64,000 bases of DNA from a virus (taxonomy: Duplodnaviria > Caudoviricetes): positions 2,327 to 66,326 of the IMG/VR virus record IMGVR_UViG_3300032321_001419; one strand, written 5' to 3'. Within the stretch, counting starts at the first letter, position 1. The number at the start of each line of letters is the position of its first letter. Positions 19,463-28,568 of this stretch are shown here, one piece after another. A program made the translations under genes and the position numbers. Under the pieces are notes generated by a model that saw only the letters and a program-made list of their open reading frames with translations, was not told where the DNA came from and did no database searches.

Positions 19463-20265
19463 TATTTTAAGTAACCTGCGTGAACAAATTCCATGTAATT
19501 TTCATCAATTTGAGCTGCTCTATATAAATTACAGCCTTCTTGTCCTTCGTGTGAAGTATGTCTTAATACTGGAAATGTAGTTACACCTCCTTTTTCTTGC
19601 CATTGTTCTAAAGTAATTAATTGTTCCTCATGTGGATAATTTCGTACTAATTTCTTAATACCTTGTTTTCCCATATAAGCACCAATTAAAATATCATCAT
19701 TCCATGATTTTCCAATAAAATCGTCAAAATCATCTCCAAACCATTTACGTTTATATGCTACTGTTTTATAATGTTGCAGTATATTTACTTCAATATCTTT
19801 AGGTACCGATACTACATAATGGTTTCTTACATCAGGAAATACATTTGAATCTTCTGCTCTAGAACCATCATATCCAGTTGCTGTATCTACATAAATTTGT
19901 TGATTTTTAATTTGTTCAGCAACCATTCCTGGGTGATATACTAAGTCATCATCACATACAATGATAAGATCTTCAGGATCAGTTGATCTTTTTATAGCGT
20001 AATATGATTTAGTAATTGGTCCTAAATCTTCTAATCCTTCAAATATTTTAAATTTTGGATTTGTTGCTGCTAATTCTTTTAACCATTCTGGTATAACATA
20101 TGCTTCACCAGTGTGTTTTAATATTGTAGGAACATTGAAATGAATTTCATATTCTCCTTCGTAATCTTGATTCAATAATGAATTAATATTACTTTTAATA
20201 CCTTCATCGTATTCTTGAATTATTCGACTTGGTAATGTTGTTAATGTTACTATAACTTTGCTCAT
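19462..20265 (-). CDS. GT-A fold (GT2-like) glycosyltransferase
   Basis: VIVTLTTLPSRI, DLGPITK, IIVCDDDLVY, NDDILIG. Confidence 0.7.
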   Translation of the reverse strand: MSKVIVTLTTLPSRIIQEYDEGIKSNINSLLNQDYEGEYEIHFNVPTILKHTGEAYVIPEWLKELAATNPKFKIFEGLEDLGPITKSYYAIKRSTDPEDLIIVCDDDLVYHPGMVAEQIKNQQIYVDTATGYDGSRAEDSNVFPDVRNHYVVSVPKDIEVNILQHYKTVAYKRKWFGDDFDDFIGKSWNDDILIGAYMGKQGIKKLVRNYPHEEQLITLEQWQEKGGVTTFPVLRHTSHEGQEGCNLYRAAQIDENYMEFVHAGYLK

Positions 20266-20266
20266 C

Positions 20267-21112
20267 TTATTTTTCTGTAAAAATTATATCGTGATTATGT
20301 ATTAATGCGTAAATATAGTCATCTGCTCTTCCATATCCATCTCCACTTAATTGTCTAAATTCATAAAAACCTGAATTAGGGTAAGGTAAAGAATATACTA
20401 TTGGAAATGATGCTGCTCCTCTGCCACTATCATTTACTGGTCTCCAATCTGTTTCTTTATCCCAAGTAACACATCTGATGTCTATTTGGTTCTTTTTGAA
20501 ATAATATCCTACAAGTGTATCATCATTAGTTGAAGATAATAAAAATTCTCTGCTTAGAAAATCTTCTCCGAAAAAGCTTCTTCTATATCCTACTGAATGC
20601 CAATGTCCTGGTATTAGTAATTGTAAATCATTTTTAACTGGGAAGTAAAGGTGAGTAGATTTTAAACAATATTTTTTAACTCCATCTTCAATCCATTCTC
20701 TTTTTTCTACAGGTATATCTCCTCTAAAAGCTGTTGCTGATGTTGGAAATTGATTTAATTTTTGTAAATGATATTCTAACATATCTTCATGATACACGTG
20801 ATCATCATCACAAACAATTAAAATATCATTAGGATCTGTTGAAATTCCTAATACTCCTGTAATTTTACATACAGGACCCCAATCTTCTTCAATTCTATTG
20901 ATAATTAATTTAGGATATTCATTAGCTAATTGTTGTAATTCTTCAGATATAATATATTCTTCATCATTATTATTTTTATAACGATAAGGAACATTTAATA
21001 CAACTTTATAATCGTGAGATGTATTTTGATTTAATAAAGATAACAAATTTTGTTTAGAAGATTCCCATAATTGCATTCTTACAGGAACTGTTGTTAAAGA
21101 TATATAAATCAT
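20267..21112 (-). CDS. GT-A fold (GT2-like) glycosyltransferase, paralog of 19462..20265
   Basis: IYISLTTVPVRM, DWGPVCK, IVCDDDHVY, NDDTLVG. Confidence 0.7.
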   Translation of the reverse strand: MIYISLTTVPVRMQLWESSKQNLLSLLNQNTSHDYKVVLNVPYRYKNNNDEEYIISEELQQLANEYPKLIINRIEEDWGPVCKITGVLGISTDPNDILIVCDDDHVYHEDMLEYHLQKLNQFPTSATAFRGDIPVEKREWIEDGVKKYCLKSTHLYFPVKNDLQLLIPGHWHSVGYRRSFFGEDFLSREFLLSSTNDDTLVGYYFKKNQIDIRCVTWDKETDWRPVNDSGRGAASFPIVYSLPYPNSGFYEFRQLSGDGYGRADDYIYALIHNHDIIFTEK

Positions 21113-21113
21113 A

Positions 21114-21983
21114 TTAGAATTGTTTTAAAAAACTTAAATCACATTCATCAAGTGATGGATTATTTGGAAAATCTACACCAACAATTGGATAATCTTGATT
21201 ATCTGGTGTGTATTCCGTTATATATCTGCGGTTTACAAATGATAATTCAGGTACTCTTGGTACTTTATGTCCTTCATAATCAAACTCTCCACCCCAATTA
21301 TTACCATGAATGTGAACTAGTACAAAGTGTTTGTTTAATTTTTCTAAAATTTCAACTAATTTTGTTTGATTATCAGGTTGCTCAATCCAATGTACTTCAA
21401 CTACAATACCGCAAGTAAATGATGCTAAATCATCAACATCTACATTTAAGAAATAATCAAATTCAGCTCCTTCAGTATCAATTTTTAAGAATATATCTCC
21501 TTCAATACCAAAGCGATTATAATGTTCTCTAACATCTTTAACACTCATAGCATTAATTAGATTATTAGAAGACTCTAAAACTGTATTTAAAATATCTCTA
21601 TATTTTCTTATGTTTGTTGTGCTTTTATCTTCATTTAATTCATTAAAAGCATTATTTAAAGTATCTTTTCTACTATATAATTCATTAAAATATAATTGTT
21701 CTTTTTCTGTAGTAGATACGCTTGAACCTAATCCTTCAGCAAAGAAATGTTGAAGACCATTATCCCAGTTATCCTGGTGTACAGTATGGTCAAATAAATA
21801 GTTAGGTTTATTGTACTTAGCAATAAAATCATCTTCATATGTTTTATCTCCGCCATATCCATAAGTGAATAAAGCAACACATTTTTCTAATACCAATTCA
21901 GGTATTACATATCCACCATCGCTTTCGTTTCCTAAACGAACTTTTGGTGAATTAATTAATTGGGGTTTTAGGTATCTTAGCAT
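21114..21983 (-). CDS. FkbM-like SAM methyltransferase
   Basis: RLGNESDGGY, FTYGYG, FLKIDTEGAE, IVVEVH, VHIHGNN, ELSFVN. Confidence 0.7.
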   Translation of the reverse strand: MLRYLKPQLINSPKVRLGNESDGGYVIPELVLEKCVALFTYGYGGDKTYEDDFIAKYNKPNYLFDHTVHQDNWDNGLQHFFAEGLGSSVSTTEKEQLYFNELYSRKDTLNNAFNELNEDKSTTNIRKYRDILNTVLESSNNLINAMSVKDVREHYNRFGIEGDIFLKIDTEGAEFDYFLNVDVDDLASFTCGIVVEVHWIEQPDNQTKLVEILEKLNKHFVLVHIHGNNWGGEFDYEGHKVPRVPELSFVNRRYITEYTPDNQDYPIVGVDFPNNPSLDECDLSFLKQF

Positions 21984-21985
21984 AA

Positions 21986-22972
21986 TTAATAAGGGAATTC
22001 TTGTGAGTGATCTATATAATATTTTTTTAATTTTTCGTAATTTTTTTCAATAAAATCTTGTTTTCCTATTCTTGATAGTTCAAAATTTTGACCCCAATTC
22101 CAAAATCTATCTTCTGGATATGAAGTAGTTCTAAATGAGCGGTAAGGATGAAAACCTATATCTTCATTCCATTCAAAAGTTATAACACCCATTAAATTAA
22201 ATAGTACAGATAAAATATATTCTGAATGAACATTCCACATACTATGAACTCCAAAGATAAAATATTCTTCTTTTTTTCTTACTAAAACATCATATACTAT
22301 ATTATTTAACAATTCAAAAAAAGGAATAATCATGTTTTTATCAGGAAATTTAAATGCTCTAAAATTTCCATCCATTACAACAAAATGATCAGTTATTTCT
22401 TTATCAGTAATTTTATAATCATTATTTATACTATGAGCAAATTCTCTTAAATGTGGTATATGATGTTCATCATAACTACTACCTGCTGGAGTCATTATAA
22501 TTTTATTTTCTAAATTTTCTCCTAAATCATAAATTGGATGTTTTGTAAAGGGAGTGGTAAAAAATGTTTCAATTTTTTGATACCATTCATCATCCATAAC
22601 AGGTAAAATATCACAATCCATAAAAATGAATCCTTCATAATTAGTAAAGTTTTCCCATTTCCACGCCCAACGTCTTATTAAAGTTGGAATTTTTATATTT
22701 TCTTCTATAAATTCAGTTGCATAAGCAGCTTCATCTACTTTTTCTTTTGGAATTACTTCTAATTCAAGTGACCAAGGATAATCTTTTCGTATTTCATTTA
22801 TGTCTTTAAGTATTATATTAGACCTATCAGAAACTGAATCGAAAAATTCAACATCATTAGTTAATATAAGTACATCAAAACGATTATAAGCAGGATAAGT
22901 ATTTAAATTATGTAATAATCTTGCTTTATGAGTTGGTCCTACTGTAAATTGTACTATTAGTATTTTATTCAT
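21986..22972 (-). CDS. Putative GT-A glycosyltransferase
   Basis: VLILTND, FIFMDCD (DxD); located inside the GT island. Confidence 0.45.
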   Translation of the reverse strand: MNKILIVQFTVGPTHKARLLHNLNTYPAYNRFDVLILTNDVEFFDSVSDRSNIILKDINEIRKDYPWSLELEVIPKEKVDEAAYATEFIEENIKIPTLIRRWAWKWENFTNYEGFIFMDCDILPVMDDEWYQKIETFFTTPFTKHPIYDLGENLENKIIMTPAGSSYDEHHIPHLREFAHSINNDYKITDKEITDHFVVMDGNFRAFKFPDKNMIIPFFELLNNIVYDVLVRKKEEYFIFGVHSMWNVHSEYILSVLFNLMGVITFEWNEDIGFHPYRSFRTTSYPEDRFWNWGQNFELSRIGKQDFIEKNYEKLKKYYIDHSQEFPY

Positions 22973-24234
22973 TATTTTATAATTGTTTCTTTACGTTCAC
23001 ACCAGCCTCTTTCATTACTATAAGCCCATAGTACTACTTTGGTAGGATTTTTTTCTACTAAAACCGATTCTTCAAAATCAAAATATCCGTTTGGTTGAGA
23101 TAATGCCATTTTTACAAATTCCTTATCTAAAGATCTATTATAAATAGGTAATCCATTTTCATCATCAAATGCTAAATGAATAAATTCATAATCATCATGA
23201 GGGAAGTCAGCTTTTATAATCTGTACTAAATGATAGAATGATTTTAATAATGAATCTTCCCAATTCTCTACTGGAGGATTAGGAGGATAATTATTGTCTG
23301 TAGTGTATTTTTGTACTGATTTATTTTTAAAATCAACACCTGCATATTTTTCATAATCATGAATGCTACGAACAGTACCTAAGTCATATCCGGTTAAATC
23401 ATAACCATTATCTTCTACTCTAAATAGTTGTCTAATTTTGGCACGTGCTTTTTCTTGTTTATTCCACCAGTCAACACCTCTTTTAGCATCATCGTCCCAC
23501 TTTAACATTCCATTACGTTCTTCTCTCATAGTAGCGTGCCATACTACTAATTCATGAGGATGGAACATATCGTATCCGTGAGTATATGATCTAACTGTTA
23601 AGTTAATTTCCTCTCCACTAAAATAGATATCAGGATCGTGTTTTATTTCTTTAGCCCATTCCGCTCTAGCAAAACAAAAATGTCCTGATAGAAATCTTGA
23701 TGGAGGTGGTTCAGTCATGTTTTGCCATCCAGTTAGTAATCCTGGTCTGATAAAAATTGTACCATGAGGATAAAAACAAACAAATGTTTGTTGCCAAGGT
23801 TCCATTGTTCTTCCAGCGGGATCGTTGAACGGATCATAATATGGCAAGTAGGCAGCTAAAATTGGTTTATGTCCTTTACGCTCGAGACCTGCGTGCATTT
23901 TTATTAGTGTCACGTCCCAATTTTTAGCAAATCTGTGATGAGAATCTAATTGACAAATATAATCTTCATCAGTTAATAATTCCTCATTTATAATAGCTCT
24001 TGCCCAGGGTAATCCTTGAGCTTCAGTATATAATACATCCTTAATTTTAAATCTAGGATCGTTTCTATATTCATCTACATTATCAAATTCATCTTCAGGA
24101 TGATATTGTCTGCAAATACCAAAATGAATTCTTTCAGGGTATTTAGCATTTTCTAATGCTGATTTAATTGTAGGAATTAATTCTGGCTCTCTATACGCTG
24201 GTAAATGAACTAGTATTGTATCTTTCTTACTCAT
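22972..24234 (-). CDS. GT60-like (PF11397 GlcNAc) polypeptide HexNAc-transferase
   Basis: ILVHLPAYREPE, RIHFGI, QLDSHHRF (DxH), WD, FLSGHFCF, HDPDIYFSGEE, RSYTHGYD..HP. Confidence 0.75.
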   Translation of the reverse strand: MSKKDTILVHLPAYREPELIPTIKSALENAKYPERIHFGICRQYHPEDEFDNVDEYRNDPRFKIKDVLYTEAQGLPWARAIINEELLTDEDYICQLDSHHRFAKNWDVTLIKMHAGLERKGHKPILAAYLPYYDPFNDPAGRTMEPWQQTFVCFYPHGTIFIRPGLLTGWQNMTEPPPSRFLSGHFCFARAEWAKEIKHDPDIYFSGEEINLTVRSYTHGYDMFHPHELVVWHATMREERNGMLKWDDDAKRGVDWWNKQEKARAKIRQLFRVEDNGYDLTGYDLGTVRSIHDYEKYAGVDFKNKSVQKYTTDNNYPPNPPVENWEDSLLKSFYHLVQIIKADFPHDDYEFIHLAFDDENGLPIYNRSLDKEFVKMALSQPNGYFDFEESVLVEKNPTKVVLWAYSNERGWCERKETIIK

Positions 24235-25495
24235 AAGCTATAACTGTTTCTATTCTATCACACCATCCTTTAGATTCACTATAAGGCCATACTCTCCAAG
24301 AATGTGGTTTTTTATTGTCTTCATACTCTCTCCAAATATGAATAAATTGATCATTAGGATCTGATTTTAATAAACCTTGTATTTCATTAGTTTCAGCATC
24401 TTGTCTATAAATGTCATTACCATTTTCATCTAATAATGCTACAGCAAAACTAGTATAATCAGTTTCTAGTAAAGATCCTTTATAAACATCAATACAAACT
24501 TTTTGTTGTACTAATAAATTATCAAAAAAGTCTTCCCATGATTCTTCAGGCATTGGAAGTGGTTTATATTCATAAGTATGTCTATGTACTTTACGTTTTC
24601 TAAATCTAACACCAGCATAACGCTCGTATTCTTCTAAAGTACGTTCTTCACCAAAGCCAAATTCTGCTAGTTTTTTCTGTTGGCAAGGAGTACATCCTTC
24701 TTCCATACCAAATAATTGTCTATATCTTAAATAAGATTGAGAATCTCTTTCAGGCCAAGTTGAATCATCATCCCATTGTTTAATTTTTCCGTTTCTAGTA
24801 TATTCGTGCCAAATAACAGGAATATGAGGATGAAATAAATCATAACCAAAGGTAAATGATCTAGCAGCTAATGAAGATTCTTCACCGTGAAAATAATATT
24901 TGGGATCGTATTTAACTTCTTTAGCCCATTGACCTAAAGTAAAAACAAAATGAGCTGAGAAGAATCGAGCCATAATAGGTTCTTGTACTTCTTGCCAGTT
25001 AGTTTGACTATGTGGTTTTATAAAGATAGGACCTTGAGGTAAAAATCTATCAAATTCTAAAGTCCAAATTTCTTGTAATTTAGATTCATTTGATGGTTCA
25101 TATGAAGGAAGATAAGCTGTTAATAATGGTTTTTTATGACCTTTTTTCTGTAGGTCTTTAAACATTTTAATTAAAGTTATATCCCAATTTTTAACAAATC
25201 TATGATGTGAATCTAATTGAAGATAATATGTTTCATCTTTATATAAACCTTGAATTAAATTTCGAGCCCAACATACACCTTCAGCATCTTTATAATTAAT
25301 ATCTTCAATAGTAAATCTAGGATCGTCTTTATACTCATCTAAATTATCCCATTCATCATCTGTTGAATGTTGCCATGCAATTCCAAATCTAAGATTTTCT
25401 GGGTGTTTAGCTTTATCTAAACAGTCTTTAAGAGTTTTAAGTAATTCAGGATCTCTATATGCTGCTATAGAAATGAATATTGTGTTTTTTGACAT
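24227..25495 (-). CDS. GT60-like (PF11397 GlcNAc) polypeptide HexNAc-transferase, paralog
   Basis: IFISIAAYRDPE, NLRFGI, GVCWAR, QLDSHHRF, FFSAHFVF, YDPKYYFHGEE, RSFTFGYD..HP. Confidence 0.75.
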   Translation of the reverse strand: MSKNTIFISIAAYRDPELLKTLKDCLDKAKHPENLRFGIAWQHSTDDEWDNLDEYKDDPRFTIEDINYKDAEGVCWARNLIQGLYKDETYYLQLDSHHRFVKNWDITLIKMFKDLQKKGHKKPLLTAYLPSYEPSNESKLQEIWTLEFDRFLPQGPIFIKPHSQTNWQEVQEPIMARFFSAHFVFTLGQWAKEVKYDPKYYFHGEESSLAARSFTFGYDLFHPHIPVIWHEYTRNGKIKQWDDDSTWPERDSQSYLRYRQLFGMEEGCTPCQQKKLAEFGFGEERTLEEYERYAGVRFRKRKVHRHTYEYKPLPMPEESWEDFFDNLLVQQKVCIDVYKGSLLETDYTSFAVALLDENGNDIYRQDAETNEIQGLLKSDPNDQFIHIWREYEDNKKPHSWRVWPYSESKGWCDRIETVIAYE

Positions 25496-25536
25496 AACGT
25501 ATTAATATAACTATTGTTGTATATAAATATATAATT

Positions 25537-25863
25537 TTATACAGAAAACGATTCTCCACAACCACAAGTTCTTGTAGCATTAGGATTATTAAAACTAAAT
25601 CCTTTGCCATTTAAACCATCTGTAAAATCAAGTTCGGTGCCGGCTAGATATAAAAAAGATTTCATGTCTAAAGTAATTTTGATACCGTTGTCTTCAAAAA
25701 ACTGGTCGCCCGTTTTTACTTCGTTATCAAAATCTAAATTATACGATAAGCCAGAGCAACCCCCACCTTTTACAGAAACCCGTAAAAAGTACGAAGCGTC
25801 TAAGCCGGCTTCTTGTATGAGGTTTAATACTTTTTCTTTTGCTTTATTGGTAATAATTACCAT
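25537..25863 (-). CDS. iscA: A-type Fe-S carrier (IscA/HesB)
   Basis: LRVSVKGGGCSGLSY, YLAGTELDF, NPNATRTCGCGESF. Confidence 0.95.
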   Translation of the reverse strand: MVIITNKAKEKVLNLIQEAGLDASYFLRVSVKGGGCSGLSYNLDFDNEVKTGDQFFEDNGIKITLDMKSFLYLAGTELDFTDGLNGKGFSFNNPNATRTCGCGESFSV

Positions 25864-25865
25864 TT

Positions 25866-26279
25866 TTAGTGATGAGTTTTTTTACTCTCAATGGGAGCTA
25901 AGCCATTTTTTACACGGTAATCGTTAATGGCGGCTTTAATTGCATCTTCGGCTAATACCGAGCAGTGAATTTTTACTGGTGGTAAAGCCAATTCCTCTAC
26001 AATATCCATATTATCGATCGTCATTGCATCGTCAATTGATCTGCCTTTTAACCATTCGGTAGCCAACGAAGATGAAGCAATGGCTGAGCCACAGCCGAAG
26101 GTTTTAAACTTCGCATCGGTAATTACATTGTTGCTATCTACCTCAATTTGCAAACGCATTACGTCGCCACACTCTGGTGCGCCAACTAAGCCTGTACCTA
26201 CATTGTTCTTGCTCTTATCAAGCGTACCAACGTTACGTGGATTGGTGTAATGATCAATTACTTTATCTGAATATGCCAT
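25866..26279 (-). CDS. iscU: Fe-S scaffold IscU
   Basis: YSDKVIDHYTNPRNVG, GAPECGDVMRLQI, KFKTFGCGSAIASSS, LPPVKIHCSVLAEDAIKAAI. Confidence 0.97.
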   Translation of the reverse strand: MAYSDKVIDHYTNPRNVGTLDKSKNNVGTGLVGAPECGDVMRLQIEVDSNNVITDAKFKTFGCGSAIASSSLATEWLKGRSIDDAMTIDNMDIVEELALPPVKIHCSVLAEDAIKAAINDYRVKNGLAPIESKKTHH

Positions 26280-26298
26280 AGTGTTCTTATAATAAATA

Positions 26299-26559
26299 TT
26301 ATAATTCCTCTACTATACCTAATATTTCAGCTGCTATTAATAAACTACCTGCGGGGACTACTTCTCCTAAAATTAGGTATACACCTGCACACATTCTTAG
26401 AACTGATTTAATAATACTAATTCTAAAATGCCAATTTGTTTTTGATTCTTTCTTTTGCATCTTTTCTTTTTCTATATTTTCGTAAAATTTAACAGAAGGA
26501 AGACCGCTATAATGGCAGTACTCCTCTTCTGGTAGAGTATTATTATCGCTGTTTATCAT
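26299..26559 (-). CDS. Hypothetical membrane protein
   Basis: C-terminal hydrophobic hairpin (SVLRMCAGVYLILG...LLIAAEILGIVEEL). Start uncertain: 26559 is more likely than the track start 26646, which overlaps the upstream gene by about 100 bp. Confidence 0.45.
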   Translation of the reverse strand: MINSDNNTLPEEEYCHYSGLPSVKFYENIEKEKMQKKESKTNWHFRISIIKSVLRMCAGVYLILGEVVPAGSLLIAAEILGIVEEL

Positions 26560-27061
26560 TTTGCCATTGACCGTTATATAAATTTTCTTCAGCAACACTA
26601 TCACATTCGTGGAAATACATTTGTCCAACTCGTGCATCTTGTTCAATAAAAATTGTAGCTGTTACTATCATAATAGTACCCATATTATCAGTTTCAAAAC
26701 CGGGATCAAAAATTGATGATGCAATAATAGCTCCATTACGTAATAATGAAGAGCGTTGACGAATCATTCCTATACGGTTTGATGCAATTTTACATCCTTC
26801 GTGAAATGTAATATCGTATGCTCCAGGATGTAAAAGCCATCCTTCAACACCATCAATAGTTTTAGTTTTTACAGGTGTATAATTATTTAAGATAGTTTTA
26901 TCTTTTAATACCATACCAATATTTGGTCTAGAGTTAAATTCATCTTTACCAATAGCGTTAATTGATTTTGCTGATAAGTCATAACCAACTTGTGCTGGTT
27001 TTCCTTTGCTAAGTTCGGTTTTAATTAAACCTTGTTCTAATATTTGTTCTGCGTTTAACAT
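26543..27061 (-). CDS. dCTP deaminase / trimeric dUTPase family protein
   Basis: VGYDL, RSSLLRNG, FDPGFE, RVGQMYF, YNGQWQ. Confidence 0.75.
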   Translation of the reverse strand: MLNAEQILEQGLIKTELSKGKPAQVGYDLSAKSINAIGKDEFNSRPNIGMVLKDKTILNNYTPVKTKTIDGVEGWLLHPGAYDITFHEGCKIASNRIGMIRQRSSLLRNGAIIASSIFDPGFETDNMGTIMIVTATIFIEQDARVGQMYFHECDSVAEENLYNGQWQNDKQR

Positions 27062-27065
27062 ATTT

Positions 27066-27704
27066 TTATTTTAAAACTGCTCCATTAACTTCAATTGCGT
27101 GTAAGAATTCTTCACGAATCATATTATTTTTCTCCATAAACACACCACTAAATTTATTAGTAGTCATTATAGATGGGTGTTTAATACCTCTATGTGAGCA
27201 ACAAGTATGTTTACAAGCAATGCTAACTGCTACTGATTCACAAGTCATTTTATCTGCAACATAATCGTGGATTTGTTGTGTTAATGATTCTTGCATTTGT
27301 GGTCTACGAGCAAACCATTCAACAATACGATTTAATTTAGATAAACCAATTACATTTTCAGCAGGTACATAAGCTACTGTAGCATAACCTGTAAATGCTA
27401 AATTATGATGTGCACACATACTAACAATTGGAATACCTGATTGAATAACTAAGCCATCATAACCTTCATCATTAGGAAATACAGTCATATTTGGTTCAGG
27501 TGTAATTGAACCTACAATTAGATCTTTTAACCATGCTTTAGCTACACGACGAGGTGTATCTACTGTTTGTCTGTCTGCTTTATAATCGAATCCAACTGCT
27601 GTTAAAAATCCAGCATACGCTTCTGATGCTTTTTCGATCATTTCTTCAATTTCCTCTGCAGAGCGAGGTAAATTACCATTTGATTTTTTTAATAATTCTT
27701 TCAT
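27066..27704 (-). CDS. folE: GTP cyclohydrolase I
   Basis: TPRRVAK, SMCAHH, GLSKLNR, ARRPQMQE, HTCCSHRG. Confidence 0.93.
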   Translation of the reverse strand: MKELLKKSNGNLPRSAEEIEEMIEKASEAYAGFLTAVGFDYKADRQTVDTPRRVAKAWLKDLIVGSITPEPNMTVFPNDEGYDGLVIQSGIPIVSMCAHHNLAFTGYATVAYVPAENVIGLSKLNRIVEWFARRPQMQESLTQQIHDYVADKMTCESVAVSIACKHTCCSHRGIKHPSIMTTNKFSGVFMEKNNMIREEFLHAIEVNGAVLK

Positions 27705-27721
27705 ACTTTAAATATAATGAT

Positions 27722-28516
27722 TTAATTTTGATGGTCCAACAATACTTTTTCTACTGATGTTTTTGCAACTTCCCAACTTACAGGACCTGTTTCATCTTCA
27801 TATTGAACTGGATCTTTACGTCCTAATTTAATAAATGCTTCAATACGCTCTACTGATGAAGCTGATTTGTAATCTGAATTTCCGCTTGGATATGGTTTAT
27901 AAGATGTATTAGTTTTTGAATATACTTCATCAAAATTTAAACTTAATTCTTCACATAATACTTCTCCGTCTTGTAAGATAGTAAATTTATCTCCTTCTAA
28001 GTAAGGTGTAAAGTATCCTACTTTTTCAGCATCCCAATTACCAATTCTAAAAGCTGCATCATCTGCATCTCTAAATTCTTGACGACAATCTGGATAAATT
28101 GCATGATCTCCAGCGTGAATACCTAAAGCGATATCACAAGTTTCACCTGTTCTTTGTGCAACTGATAATGCTACTGCTTGAGTAATTGAAGCAAATATTT
28201 TATTACGATTAGGTACAACTGTAGCTTTCATGTTGTCTTCAGCATAATGTCCTTCTGGTATATCTTCACCTCCAGTTACTAATGCTGAATCTAATAAATC
28301 AACTAATCCATTTAATTGGATTTGACGATAGGTTACTTTTTGTTCTTTAGTATTAATATAATCTACTAATGATTGAGCTCTTTCTAGCTCTACTCTGTGT
28401 TTTTGACCGTAGTCAAATGAAATTGCTGTTACGGAATCATATCCTTTTAAGCAACGTAACAATAATGTACTGGAATCCATCCCTCCTGATAGGGATACTA
28501 CAACGTGTTTTAACAT
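27722..28516 (-). CDS. queC: 7-cyano-7-deazaguanine (preQ0) synthase
   Basis: SLSGGMDS PP-loop, FDYGQKH, VPNRN, HAGDHAIYPDCR. Confidence 0.92.
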   Translation of the reverse strand: MLKHVVVSLSGGMDSSTLLLRCLKGYDSVTAISFDYGQKHRVELERAQSLVDYINTKEQKVTYRQIQLNGLVDLLDSALVTGGEDIPEGHYAEDNMKATVVPNRNKIFASITQAVALSVAQRTGETCDIALGIHAGDHAIYPDCRQEFRDADDAAFRIGNWDAEKVGYFTPYLEGDKFTILQDGEVLCEELSLNFDEVYSKTNTSYKPYPSGNSDYKSASSVERIEAFIKLGRKDPVQYEDETGPVSWEVAKTSVEKVLLDHQN

Positions 28517-28536
28517 AAAATTTATTTGTTTAAATA

Positions 28537-28568
28537 TGCCAGGTATTTTAAGCGTATAGGCAAACGCT
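28537..28568 (-). ncRNA. Candidate H-type pseudoknot cis-element in the queC leader
   Basis: Minus RNA AGCGU-UUGCCUAU-ACGCU-UAAAAUACCU-GGCA: a 5-bp stem whose loop UGCC pairs with the downstream GGCA; ends 20 nt before the queC ATG. Confidence 0.5.

Noticed and set aside
28537-28568. Calling the element a canonical preQ1-I riboswitch
   Set aside because: The architecture is similar but the conserved nucleotides are missing; kept only as an unnamed candidate.
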